Shown here in pieces: positions 17,000-25,965 of a stretch of DNA of 64,000 nucleotides. Source of the DNA: a phage. The notes under the pieces were generated by a model. The model was not told the origin of the DNA. It did not search any database and saw only the letters and a list, made by a program, of their open reading frames with translations. Position numbers and translations under genes: made by a program. The stretch lies in the NCBI GenBank assembly GCA_027218345.1, contig GCA_027218345.1_3950.1; one strand, given 5' to 3'. Positions within the stretch are counted from its first letter, which is position 1; every line of letters begins with the position of its first letter.

Positions 17000-17341
17000 T
17001 TAACTGATGAATATTTTTTCAGGTTTTACATAGCTGATACGTTGGTTTTTTAGCAGGTCATCCCAGATTAGCGCGGCAATATGAGAATAGCCGGATTCAC
17101 GTAAAAGCTTCATTGCTTTACTTCTCGTTTCGAAGCGGCTTGCATAGTACTCACTATTCAGAGTTGTTCTCTTCCCTTCATTGTCTACATGGATAATCTG
17201 CATCACTTGAAAGGGGCTTGTGTCCTCGCCTTTATTCCACTGTTCAAAGTATTTTAGGCACTGCATAGGTGACATCTTATCACTGACCTGAGTTGACCAA
17301 GATGCGCCAGCTTTATCGGTAATTACGGTTACATAAGCCAT
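17000..17341 (-). CDS. hypothetical protein
   Basis: 113-aa ORF preceded by type-A cassette. Confidence 0.5.
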   Translation of the reverse strand: MAYVTVITDKAGASWSTQVSDKMSPMQCLKYFEQWNKGEDTSPFQVMQIIHVDNEGKRTTLNSEYYASRFETRSKAMKLLRESGYSHIAALIWDDLLKNQRISYVKPEKIFIS

Positions 17342-17430
17342 TTTTGAATCTCCAGTTTAGGACTTTATTTAGTGGGGAAGGTCATTCCCTCCCCGTTGAT
17401 TGACAATTTACAGACTTTTATCAGGCTTGT

Positions 17431-17664
17431 CTAGTCTTTTTCAATGATAATTTCATACTGACCATCTACGCTGTCAAAATAGATACCGTCTTCATCTTCT
17501 GTCTTAAAGTAACATTGGATATCATCACTAGCGGGATAGTCTTGCCTTGCTATCTGGCACACTTGAACAGCATTTTCTTTACTCCCTGTAAACTCCTCAA
17601 GCCCTTTAAAATCGCATGAATGACCGTTACAAATAGAAAGGATGAGATAAACGGTTGTAAGCAT
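17431..17664 (-). CDS. hypothetical small acidic protein
   Basis: 77-aa ORF with hydrophobic N-terminus. Confidence 0.45.
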   Translation of the reverse strand: MLTTVYLILSICNGHSCDFKGLEEFTGSKENAVQVCQIARQDYPASDDIQCYFKTEDEDGIYFDSVDGQYEIIIEKD

Positions 17665-17730
17665 GATTTAAGCCTCCTAAAAGCCCCTACAAGGGGCTGA
17701 TTAGTGTTTATAAGGTGATTGCATAGGTTT

Positions 17731-18273
17731 TTAGAAAAAGCTCTTTAAATCCTCTTCTGCAATGTTTCCTGTCAGTGTATCAATGATGTCACAAAAAACC
17801 TGAATACTGTCTGACTGTTGAACACTTTTAGCGAGAAGCTCCAGAGACTCATCAAGATAGTTTAAATTTGGGTTATCCAATGAAGGAAGACAAAAAGGTG
17901 AATACATAGCGTTAAACTCTGTTGTATAGACCTTTTTAATCCAATTTACATCAAAGTACTCTGTAAAACTTGCTACACTCGACATATTATCACAAGAATA
18001 ATCATCATTTAGTTCATCCTCTGGAATATCGAGTTCTAAGATAACAATATTTTGGGTTTTCATCTGGAAGGCCGCCGTAATAGTGGCGTTCCCTAGAGCT
18101 TGCTGGATACCTTCGGATGTTATCTCTTCCTCATCGTCGCCACAGATTTTATTTTCTGGATACACGTAAAAATTGCCGTCCATATCCGAACAATTCCATG
18201 CGCCTGATGGTTTATCACCGTTATTAATCAGGTTGAGGAAATTTTCTTGAGTAGTACCGTGAAAACATTTCAT
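17731..18273 (-). CDS. hypothetical strongly acidic protein
   Basis: 180 aa, very high Asp/Glu content and few basic residues; preceded by type-B cassette. Confidence 0.5.
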   Translation of the reverse strand: MKCFHGTTQENFLNLINNGDKPSGAWNCSDMDGNFYVYPENKICGDDEEEITSEGIQQALGNATITAAFQMKTQNIVILELDIPEDELNDDYSCDNMSSVASFTEYFDVNWIKKVYTTEFNAMYSPFCLPSLDNPNLNYLDESLELLAKSVQQSDSIQVFCDIIDTLTGNIAEEDLKSFF

Positions 18274-18360
18274 TTTTGAATCTCCTAGTTTAAGGATTGA
18301 GTGGTAAAGCTCTTTATCTGGGGCTTACTTTATCGAACTATAAGCCCCTTGTAAAGTGCT

Positions 18361-18609
18361 TTATTTAACTTTCTTTGAGAAAACTAGTTTGACTGCAACT
18401 GTAGGAATCTCGCCAGCAGTTGTAACCAGCATTACTTTTTGAGTAACCAACCTATAGCCGTTCTTTGCAGCGTATGCGGTGAAACGGTTAACATTGTAAC
18501 TATAAGTTTTTGCCGTGTTATCTGGCATGTGGTAAATGAAAGGTTTACCCAAATTTTCTTCTTGTGTCAATAATCTACAGGTATCGGGAATGTTAAAGTA
18601 GTTCATCAT
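18361..18609 (-). CDS. hypothetical protein
   Basis: 82-aa ORF preceded by type-B cassette. Confidence 0.45.
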   Translation of the reverse strand: MMNYFNIPDTCRLLTQEENLGKPFIYHMPDNTAKTYSYNVNRFTAYAAKNGYRLVTQKVMLVTTAGEIPTVAVKLVFSKKVK

Positions 18610-18702
18610 TTTTAGAATCTCCAGTTTAGGATTTAGTGGTAAAGCTCTTTATCTGGGGCTTAAGTTATCAACTTTTAAGCCCCTTGTAAAGTACTTTATT
18701 TG

Positions 18703-18900
18703 TTATTTTTTGACAACTTTTAAAACTGCAAGATAGCCTAAGCAATAAGAATCACCGAAGAGAGTCCTACCCATGAAAGAATCCTCTTTGATATCCTTTG
18801 CAGTGACAGTTTTTTCTACGCCGTTGGAAAGGACTATATCGCCAACTTTGATATCTTTGATGTGTGTAGTTTCAATGGTTAAACCATTAATAATAGCCAT
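18703..18900 (-). CDS. hypothetical protein
   Basis: 65-aa ORF preceded by type-A cassette. Confidence 0.45.
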   Translation of the reverse strand: MAIINGLTIETTHIKDIKVGDIVLSNGVEKTVTAKDIKEDSFMGRTLFGDSYCLGYLAVLKVVKK

Positions 18901-19000
18901 TTTTGAATCTCCAGTTTAGGACTTTATTTAGTGGGGAAGTTCATTCCCTCCCCGTTGATGTGTAATTTAATCTATCTAAAAACCAGTGTCAACAAAATTT

Positions 19001-19405
19001 TTAGAGTTCTGCATAAATTGCATCACAGATATCACGGAAGTCGTGATTAGTCAAATTACGCTGCAACCAAGTGGCGAAAAAGTCAGCGATTGCAAAATTA
19101 GCATCATACTCGACAGATAGCCACACTTTAACAGCAAATCGGAACATTTTCAAATCTAACTCTTTATTCATTACCTTAGATTTGCCTAACATGTCGGACA
19201 TTTCATATTGCGCACCGTCTAGCGTGATACCTGCTGCAACGTCAGCCAATGAATTTTTTACGTTTTCAACGTCTAAAATAACGCTTTGAATCTTTCCGAT
19301 AATGTTGTGCAATGTCTCATCAGGCGCTGATGATGTCATAATGTTGATTCGATTAACGGTCAAACGTGCTTTTAAGGTTGATAATTCACGGTTATTAATA
19401 GCCAT
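19001..19405 (-). CDS. hypothetical protein
   Basis: ORF trimmed to ATG (MAI...) after GGAGAA RBS inside type-B cassette. Confidence 0.5.
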   Translation of the reverse strand: MAINNRELSTLKARLTVNRINIMTSSAPDETLHNIIGKIQSVILDVENVKNSLADVAAGITLDGAQYEMSDMLGKSKVMNKELDLKMFRFAVKVWLSVEYDANFAIADFFATWLQRNLTNHDFRDICDAIYAEL

Positions 19406-19491
19406 TTTTAAGTTCTCCAATTTAGGATTGAGTAGTAAAGCTCTTTATCTGGGGCTTAAGGTATCAACTTCCAAGCCCCCTGTAAAGTACT

Positions 19492-19764
19492 TTACACTAA
19501 ATGCAGTTTTTTACCTTTTACTATAATGTAACTCGATGCGCTATTGCTACATACATCTTGATAAATTCTGCGCAAACGGCCTTCGTAGTGTACTTTCCAA
19601 CTGGTTGGAATCTTTTTACCGTATCCCGTAGCAGTTTTTTGGAGTCCTGCTACTTGCCAATCTAAGATATGTTGTTCAGCTTGTAAATCTTCAAAGTGCA
19701 TCACCCCGTTGATGTAGTGGCGTAGGGTTACATTCAAAGTGCGACCGTTGTTAGTAGTATACAT
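19492..19764 (-). CDS. hypothetical protein
   Basis: 90-aa ORF preceded by type-A cassette. Confidence 0.45.
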   Translation of the reverse strand: MYTTNNGRTLNVTLRHYINGVMHFEDLQAEQHILDWQVAGLQKTATGYGKKIPTSWKVHYEGRLRRIYQDVCSNSASSYIIVKGKKLHLV

Positions 19765-19852
19765 TCTAGAATCTCCAGTTTAGGACTTTATTTAGTGGGG
19801 AAGTTCATTCCCTCCCCGTTGATGTGTAATTTAATCTATCTAAAAATCAGTG

Positions 19853-20185
19853 TCAAACACTTTGTTTTCGTTTGCTCAATTCTTGAACAATTACAGCGTG
19901 ATAGTCTTTCAAGTCACTGATATTTAAAGCATTTATTAGTGAATTATAATCATCGACTAACTGAAAATTATCTTTGAAAATGTCACTGATTTGATAAGTT
20001 CTTGCCCTGAATCTGAAGCTCATCTCTAACCGTTTTAATTGTTCATCACTTAAACGCTCTAGAAAGCTCATTACAAGGCTATTGCTAACCTGTTGTGTGA
20101 TTGCCTTACTTGCCAGATTATAGGCGCTATAAGCCTTATAGAGCGCCAGAATAGCGATGATTGCAGTTATGCCCATCATTAACAT
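19853..20185 (-). CDS. hypothetical membrane protein
   Basis: 110-aa ORF with N-terminal hydrophobic helix. Confidence 0.45.
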   Translation of the reverse strand: MLMMGITAIIAILALYKAYSAYNLASKAITQQVSNSLVMSFLERLSDEQLKRLEMSFRFRARTYQISDIFKDNFQLVDDYNSLINALNISDLKDYHAVIVQELSKRKQSV

Positions 20186-20475
20186 GGTGTTGCCTCTTTA
20201 CGTGATACTTTGCCATTTACAGATATCTCATAAGATTCTAATAAATCGCTTTTAGACTTTACTGGACTTTTAAAAGTATCATCATAGATATTGACTTGTA
20301 ATACAGGTTTTTTATACTCCCTGCAACTGTTCCATAAGCAAATAACTACACGACGACCTTTTATTTTGCCGTGTAACCATTCCATAACATCATGGCTATT
20401 CCTTGATGTTTCAATGAAATCAATTTTGTTGAGTAATTTGCTCAGATTTTCACGCACTTGATTTGATAATTTCAT
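20179..20475 (-). CDS. hypothetical protein
   Basis: 98-aa ORF preceded by type-B cassette. Confidence 0.45.
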   Translation of the reverse strand: MKLSNQVRENLSKLLNKIDFIETSRNSHDVMEWLHGKIKGRRVVICLWNSCREYKKPVLQVNIYDDTFKSPVKSKSDLLESYEISVNGKVSRKEATPC

Positions 20476-20567
20476 TTTAGAATCTCCTAGTTTAAGGGCT
20501 TTATTTGGTAAATCTCTTTATCTGGGGCTATCCTACCAGCTTGATAACCCCGTGTAAAGAAATCTAT

Positions 20568-21080
20568 TTAGTTCTTAAAGATATTCATCACTGAATCTTT
20601 CAACGATTCCAAACGTTCTAATACTTCAGTTTCTGCGTCTGAGTTGTTCACTTCTTCTTTTAGTCTGTCATCTAAATCATCGCCGTCACTATAGCACCAA
20701 TCAAAAGCGTAACCAATATAAAAACTGTCTAAAATTGTTTGACCATTTGCATCGACAACTTTCGCGGCAAGGTTGTACTCTGAAGCCTCTAAATCTCTTT
20801 CTAGTTCTTTCTGTAAGCTTGCGTAAGCCTCTTTTGATGGATTTTCCCGGCCTTGTTTTGCATAGTCACTAGAAAGCTGTTTAAGGCTGTAATGTAAAGG
20901 GATTGCATATTTAAATTCATTACGCTGACAGTTGGGATTTTTAACAGTCACGCCGCCTTGATGGTCATCTGTAAACTTCCAATTATCAAGATTATGGCTT
21001 GCTTCATAACAATTGACAGCTTCGTAAATAATGGTGAATTTTTCTTTTACAACTTCAAAGGTAGCGTCTACAGTTTTCAT
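20568..21080 (-). CDS. hypothetical acidic protein
   Basis: 170-aa ORF preceded by type-B cassette. Confidence 0.5.
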   Translation of the reverse strand: MKTVDATFEVVKEKFTIIYEAVNCYEASHNLDNWKFTDDHQGGVTVKNPNCQRNEFKYAIPLHYSLKQLSSDYAKQGRENPSKEAYASLQKELERDLEASEYNLAAKVVDANGQTILDSFYIGYAFDWCYSDGDDLDDRLKEEVNNSDAETEVLERLESLKDSVMNIFKN

Positions 21081-21167
21081 TTTTGAATCTCCTAGTTTAA
21101 GGATTTAGTGGTAAAGCTCTTTATCTGGGGCTTAAGATATCAACTTTTAAGCCCCCTGTAAAGTACT

Positions 21168-21461
21168 TTATTTGTTAATTTTCAGCTTTGCATAACTTCT
21201 CATTGTACGAATGGGGGATGTTAATGCTACGCGTCTAATGTATGCCTTTTTCGTGTATACAGTTGTCTTCCCGATATTGTTTACACATGTAAAAAGGTTT
21301 ATCGGTGAATTTTTTAACTTCAACTGTTTATCAGCCTTCACGCCCCACCTTACAGCAGATTGTTTTCCGTTGTCAACCACTTTCCCGCATAACTTTTTAG
21401 CCATAACGCGAGCGTCATCACGAGTTTTTGCAGCAATTACAACGTTTTTGATAATAGCCAT
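21168..21461 (-). CDS. hypothetical protein
   Basis: ORF trimmed to ATG (MAII...) after GGAGAA RBS inside type-B cassette. Confidence 0.5.
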   Translation of the reverse strand: MAIIKNVVIAAKTRDDARVMAKKLCGKVVDNGKQSAVRWGVKADKQLKLKNSPINLFTCVNNIGKTTVYTKKAYIRRVALTSPIRTMRSYAKLKINK

Positions 21462-21547
21462 TTTTAAGTTCTCCAATTTAGGATTTAGTGGTAAAGCTCT
21501 TTATCTGGGGCTTACTTTATCGAACTATAAGCCCCTTGTAAAGTACT

Positions 21548-21931
21548 TTATTTGTTAATTTTGAGGATTGTTACATAACCATCACTACCGATGATTTGCG
21601 ACGCTCCAACTTTTTCTACTGAATAGCCCATATTTTCAAGATGATAGACAGCATCATCATAACCATATGCGCCGCCCTGATAACGTCTCTTATCGCATCT
21701 TATCAGGTTTTTCCCACGTCCAGCAAGTGCATTGAGAATAGTTTTTTCGCTTGAAAGCGTACCATCTATCATAGTTGCCGTGTAGTGGTTGATTTTATTC
21801 CCGTTGATATCATACTTAAAATTGAATGCGTGAACAACAATTTTATTCCCTTTAAAATTCTCATCAAGTGACTTCTCCAGTGCGTTGCGAAAGTTGTCTT
21901 TGTTGATGAATTTAGGTGCACGATATGCCAT
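21548..21931 (-). CDS. hypothetical protein
   Basis: 127-aa ORF preceded by type-A cassette. Confidence 0.5.
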   Translation of the reverse strand: MAYRAPKFINKDNFRNALEKSLDENFKGNKIVVHAFNFKYDINGNKINHYTATMIDGTLSSEKTILNALAGRGKNLIRCDKRRYQGGAYGYDDAVYHLENMGYSVEKVGASQIIGSDGYVTILKINK

Positions 21932-22452
21932 TTTTGAATCTCCAGTTTAGGACTTTATTTAGTGGGGAAGGTCATTCCCTCCCCGTTGATGCAAATACTA
22001 GATAACCACGTTCAAAGAGTCAAGAAAAAATTTTAAAAATATTTTTGGCAAAACTGTAATGAAACGGGCGCACACGACTACCACAAAACAGAACACAAAT
22101 CAAGAATTATTTCTCAATCCGCTACAAATTTTTCTCTTGACTTTTGGGGAGAGGGGGAGTAAGAGGGGGAGAGGGGTTGGTCTGGCTCTCTATAAAAACC
22201 TACCTGCACAATCCTAAAATGATTTTTCTTGCCCGACCTGAGTGTGGTCTGCACGTTTTGAAAATGAAAAAGCTCTTTGGAGATTATCTGCACAGTTTGA
22301 AAATGAATTTTCTCTTTGGAGTTCAAAATTCTCTCTACAGATTTCTCTACAGAACTCTACCTGCACAATTCTGAAATGAAAAAGCCCTCCTTACCTGAAA
22401 AATTTACCAGATAAGAAAGGCTTAGGCTATTGTGAATATACTACAGAGTTTC

Positions 22453-23238
22453 TTAGTTCTTTGCGTCTAAGAAGGTAACTTCTGGTGAAGAGAAAACTGT
22501 CTCGATATCCTCATCAGTTCTTGCATAGATATAAGTATCTGCATCACTGCCAAATGTTACTGCAATCCTGTGATTGCTCTTCGACAGGTGGGTAACTAGA
22601 GCGTTACTCAGAGACATCTTTTCAACCGGAGGGTTACTTTGATGTATCTTACCTTTTCTTCGTCTGAAGAGGGTAACTGCGTTATCTGTGAACACTGCTA
22701 CACCTGCAAAGTATTCTGGTTCACAGTAGTTCTTCCAACCTGAGAGTAACTTGTGGTACATCTCTCCTTCATAGACATATAGATAAACATCTACACTCTT
22801 CATCACCTGATTGATGATAACTGTGACGGCTTGAGGGTCAAGTCCATCGATACCTGCACCAATCATAGGTAAACCAACTTTCTTCAACTGATTGACTTCA
22901 CAGTATCTGTTAAGCTGCTTCAAAGATGACTCTAAAGCACTGTATCGGGCATCTTTACCAGTATGAAGTTGGGTGTAAAGGTTAGCTATACGACCTTGTT
23001 TTAAACGTGCTACAGAGAAATTACCTAGTAAATTTTCACAGGGTTTGTGGCGAATGCCACCTGCAAACAGGTAAACTTCTGTGTCAGTATCATACACTTT
23101 TGGATAACGCTTAGAAATAGTTGCTGCAATACCTGCACCCATGAAATTCATACAGTTGCAACCATGACCAATGATGTCAAACTTACCTTTATCAAATGCG
23201 TCAAATATATCGCCATTGATGATTTTTACAATACCCAT
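22453..23238 (-). CDS. macro-domain protein (putative ADP-ribose processing enzyme) with C-terminal extension
   Basis: N-terminal GDIFDA...DIIGHGCNCMNFMGAGIAATI and LPMIGAGIDG resemble macro-domain ADP-ribose binding loops. Confidence 0.55.
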   Translation of the reverse strand: MGIVKIINGDIFDAFDKGKFDIIGHGCNCMNFMGAGIAATISKRYPKVYDTDTEVYLFAGGIRHKPCENLLGNFSVARLKQGRIANLYTQLHTGKDARYSALESSLKQLNRYCEVNQLKKVGLPMIGAGIDGLDPQAVTVIINQVMKSVDVYLYVYEGEMYHKLLSGWKNYCEPEYFAGVAVFTDNAVTLFRRRKGKIHQSNPPVEKMSLSNALVTHLSKSNHRIAVTFGSDADTYIYARTDEDIETVFSSPEVTFLDAKN

Positions 23239-23439
23239 TTAACATCTCTCCCAAGATTCTTTATCTTCTGAAGGCTTTACACGTTGCCCTTCGTGGTCTA
23301 CCCAGATACATCCACAACCTTCACAGATTACTGGCATTGCATAGCCAGCTTTAAAGTCATCTTCAGTGATAAGACCTTTTAAGTCTCCTGTATCACGCCC
23401 GAACATTTCGATAGCACAATCTTTGCAGAAGTCAGCCAT
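23239..23439 (-). CDS. small zinc-ribbon protein
   Basis: CKDC...CEGCGC cysteine pairs; start moved to internal Met. Confidence 0.4.
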   Translation of the reverse strand: MADFCKDCAIEMFGRDTGDLKGLITEDDFKAGYAMPVICEGCGCIWVDHEGQRVKPSEDKESWERC

Positions 23440-23659
23440 GAATAATTGCCTCTTGAATGATGATACCTTTGCCACAACGACTTTTGAAGTCTTCCAATGG
23501 TTGTGAGATGAAGCCACGCAAGCAATAACTAAATGCTAATTTTTCCCTGTAGGCTATCACATCATTTGCTGTAAATGGAATCACTTTATTTCTTCCAATG
23601 AATACTGCTGAACGTACAATCTTGCGGGTCTTTTTATCTCTGGCTAGTATTACTTTCAT
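23432..23659 (-). CDS. hypothetical protein
   Basis: 75-aa ORF. Confidence 0.35.
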   Translation of the reverse strand: MKVILARDKKTRKIVRSAVFIGRNKVIPFTANDVIAYREKLAFSYCLRGFISQPLEDFKSRCGKGIIIQEAIIHG

Positions 23660-23960
23660 AGTTTACCTTCTCAGTTAGCTCATACAAGTCAACATGCTCA
23701 ATGCTATCAATGTTGATACCAATCTTTTTGAAGCGTTCTATCACTTCGTTGTCAGTCATCCATATCAGACACCAATGATTCTGAATGGATTCTTCAAGAA
23801 GGTCAACACAATCTTTAAAAGTTTTTGTATCACTTCTTGTTCCGACTACTGCGATTGTCCCATACAACCACTTACCATTACCATAAGATACTTGTGCTAC
23901 GCCAACTTCTTTATCTTTCTCGTAGTAAACGGCTACAAAGTCTCTTCCATTAATCTGCAT
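23634..23960 (-). CDS. hypothetical protein
   Basis: 108-aa ORF. Confidence 0.45.
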   Translation of the reverse strand: MQINGRDFVAVYYEKDKEVGVAQVSYGNGKWLYGTIAVVGTRSDTKTFKDCVDLLEESIQNHWCLIWMTDNEVIERFKKIGINIDSIEHVDLYELTEKVNYESNTSQR

Positions 23961-23962
23961 AG

Positions 23963-24235
23963 TTACTTCCTCGTTTTAAGAACTGCTAAGATTTCTTTAG
24001 AGTCTGGTAAGAACCATGTGTAGTGATTCTCTTTGATTTCTGGATGAGTGTCAACCTTTATTTTGCACTCTTTACCAACATGCTTAAGCTGTGCTGTGAT
24101 ACCTTGCATAAAGATGTGACACATTACATTATCCATAATCGTAGGTAAGAAATCAATCCTCATGTAAGTATCTTTCGGTCTCGGTAGAAGTAAGTAACCT
24201 TCTGTGTAGAAAGTTTCATCATTACTTTGTGTCAT
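23963..24235 (-). CDS. hypothetical protein
   Basis: 90-aa ORF. Confidence 0.45.
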   Translation of the reverse strand: MTQSNDETFYTEGYLLLPRPKDTYMRIDFLPTIMDNVMCHIFMQGITAQLKHVGKECKIKVDTHPEIKENHYTWFLPDSKEILAVLKTRK

Positions 24236-24474
24236 TACTGCTTATTCCCTAATAAAATCATATCAATCAAGTTGTTAGCTTTCATAGTACACTGATAGTA
24301 CCCGTCACGATAAAACTCAAGGGCTTCTGATAAGTCTGCACCAGTGTTACCTTTGACAGCATATCTTACATCTTCCTGAGTGTACTTATCACTTTCACTT
24401 ACTTGGGAGTTTTTGAATGTATTGCTCACTTTGTTCGTTGAACACCCTGACATAGTTATCAGTAACACAAACAT
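24235..24474 (-). CDS. putative outer-membrane lipoprotein (o-spanin-like), overlapping the previous gene in another frame
   Basis: Signal peptide with lipobox LITMSGC; overlaps 3' end of the 24395-24742 ORF. Confidence 0.4.
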   Translation of the reverse strand: MFVLLITMSGCSTNKVSNTFKNSQVSESDKYTQEDVRYAVKGNTGADLSEALEFYRDGYYQCTMKANNLIDMILLGNKQ

Positions 24475-24742
24475 TATAAAACTCTGGCTTAGTCTTTTCA
24501 TATGTCAGTACCTCTTTTGTGTGCTTATTCTTAGCAAGCACGTCTTTCAAATCATTTTTGTAATTGGTGCTCAGTGTAGCTAATCCTTCCTGATAAGCAT
24601 CTTTAGCAACACTTATTAGCTTCTGGTTGTTTAGCTCAGTTTCAGCAACTTGGTAGTCTCTATAAGAGTATCCTCCCCAGACACCTGCCCCAACTAAGAA
24701 AACAATTATGAAAGTAGCTTGACAGAACTCTTTAAATGTCAT
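24395..24742 (-). CDS. putative i-spanin-like protein (N-terminal TM helix, helical periplasmic domain)
   Basis: N-terminal hydrophobic helix FIIVFLVGAGVWGG then charged helical region; overlapped by lipoprotein ORF. Confidence 0.4.
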   Translation of the reverse strand: MTFKEFCQATFIIVFLVGAGVWGGYSYRDYQVAETELNNQKLISVAKDAYQEGLATLSTNYKNDLKDVLAKNKHTKEVLTYEKTKPEFYNVCVTDNYVRVFNEQSEQYIQKLPSK

Positions 24743-24754
24743 TTAACAATCTCC

Positions 24755-24785
24755 TGAAATGAAAAAGGCTCCCGAAGGAGCCTGT
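24755..24785 (-). terminator. rho-independent terminator
   Basis: Minus-strand hairpin GGCTCCTTCGGGAGCC followed by TTTTT. Confidence 0.55.
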
Positions 24786-24794
24786 ATCTTAACC

Positions 24795-25259
24795 TTAACC
24801 GAGGACTTTAGCAAGGATATTCGCAGCCATCGAAGAAGCTTTTGCAGCAGCAACTACGCCAGCTTTGACAGTGCTATCCTTAATAGCAGATACCGTTGCA
24901 GCATCAGTAAAGAGATAAGTGATTGTTTTGGAACCACTTGTAAAGGAAAGCATAAGGGTAGTTTCCAGATTGAAAGAGCGATACGGAGCACCTTCTTTAA
25001 CGATACCTTCAGCACCTAACTCTGAAGCCTTACCCATATCATAGATAGTCATCAGGTTTTCTTTGTGTGCAGTCGTTGAACCAACACCTTTTACGTGCTT
25101 CTTAACGTTCAACAATGCACGATATTCACGAATGCTGCCATCAGCTTTTACATTAACAGCACGGAAAATTTTACCTTCAAAGTTACCTTGAATCATTTTA
25201 CGAACTACTTCAGATTTGTTTGCCGTATCGTCCAGTGCTACCGTAATGATATTGTTCAT
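24795..25259 (-). CDS. hypothetical protein
   Basis: 154-aa ORF followed by hairpin terminator. Confidence 0.45.
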   Translation of the reverse strand: MNNIITVALDDTANKSEVVRKMIQGNFEGKIFRAVNVKADGSIREYRALLNVKKHVKGVGSTTAHKENLMTIYDMGKASELGAEGIVKEGAPYRSFNLETTLMLSFTSGSKTITYLFTDAATVSAIKDSTVKAGVVAAAKASSMAANILAKVLG

Positions 25260-25269
25260 AAGTTTTCTC

Positions 25270-25965
25270 TCAATGTTTAACTAACATGGTTTTAATGTGT
25301 GGAAGGATTCTGTTTACCTTCTGAACATTCTTCTCTGTATCTTCTATAAAGCATACTATATTAAAGTAAGGAAGAATGCAAGACTGAATCATCCTCACTT
25401 TCAAACTTTCTGCACTTATAGAGTTAGCTCCAAAACCACGCATAAAAAGCATGTAATCATGCTCTATGTAATGCCTTAAAAACATCTCAGTAGGTACTCT
25501 CTGAGATTCACCTCTCGCTGTCAAGAGTCCAATAGTAGCATGATTAGAGATTGCATCAATAATATTGAAAACATACGTTGGTTTTGCACTTACAGAATCA
25601 AGCAAATTAGTGTACTGTGAAAATGAACCATCAATCAGTTCCGTTGAGCAATCTTCGTGATTAAAATTTGTAAGAACACCATCAATATCTGCTAAGATGA
25701 GGTTACCTTTTTCTACAAGGTCTTTATTGACTATGACTAAACTGTCACGTCTTACACCTATAGATTGCCCCGTCTCTTTATCCACAACGTTCACAATCGG
25801 TTCTGAAGTGTGGAACTCTTCAAGTGAACATACAACTTCTCTTGCAGTGTCTTCAAAATCCCTGCACTGTTCTGGAGTCCATACACAGGAATCAAGACCT
25901 AACTCATGAGGATGTAAGTCATAAGCATGACACAGGACTTCATCAGACTTTCTTAATTTTTTCAT
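25270..25965 (-). CDS. HAD-superfamily hydrolase-like protein
   Basis: Motif LILADIDGVLT matches HAD motif I (DxDG). Confidence 0.5.
   Translation of the reverse strand: MKKLRKSDEVLCHAYDLHPHELGLDSCVWTPEQCRDFEDTAREVVCSLEEFHTSEPIVNVVDKETGQSIGVRRDSLVIVNKDLVEKGNLILADIDGVLTNFNHEDCSTELIDGSFSQYTNLLDSVSAKPTYVFNIIDAISNHATIGLLTARGESQRVPTEMFLRHYIEHDYMLFMRGFGANSISAESLKVRMIQSCILPYFNIVCFIEDTEKNVQKVNRILPHIKTMLVKH

Larger units (their letters stand above)
16781..21995 (-). repeat. family of at least 11 conserved 70-95 bp intergenic cassettes upstream of small genes
   Basis: Near-identical elements at 16781, 17342, 18274, 18610, 18901, 19406, 19765, 20476, 21081, 21462, 21932: GC hairpin, AAATAAAG motif, CCTAAACTGGAGA RBS; two subtypes. 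Confidence 0.7.

Noticed and set aside
17397-17420. Plus-strand TTGACA in the tail of type-A cassettes as an antisense promoter
   Set aside because: No acceptable -10 element at 16-18 bp spacing; more likely part of the conserved cassette.
19406-19420. N-terminal extensions MENLKMAI on ORFs 19001-19420 and 21168-21476
   Set aside because: The TTG start lies inside the conserved cassette upstream of the RBS; the true start is the ATG after GGAGAA.
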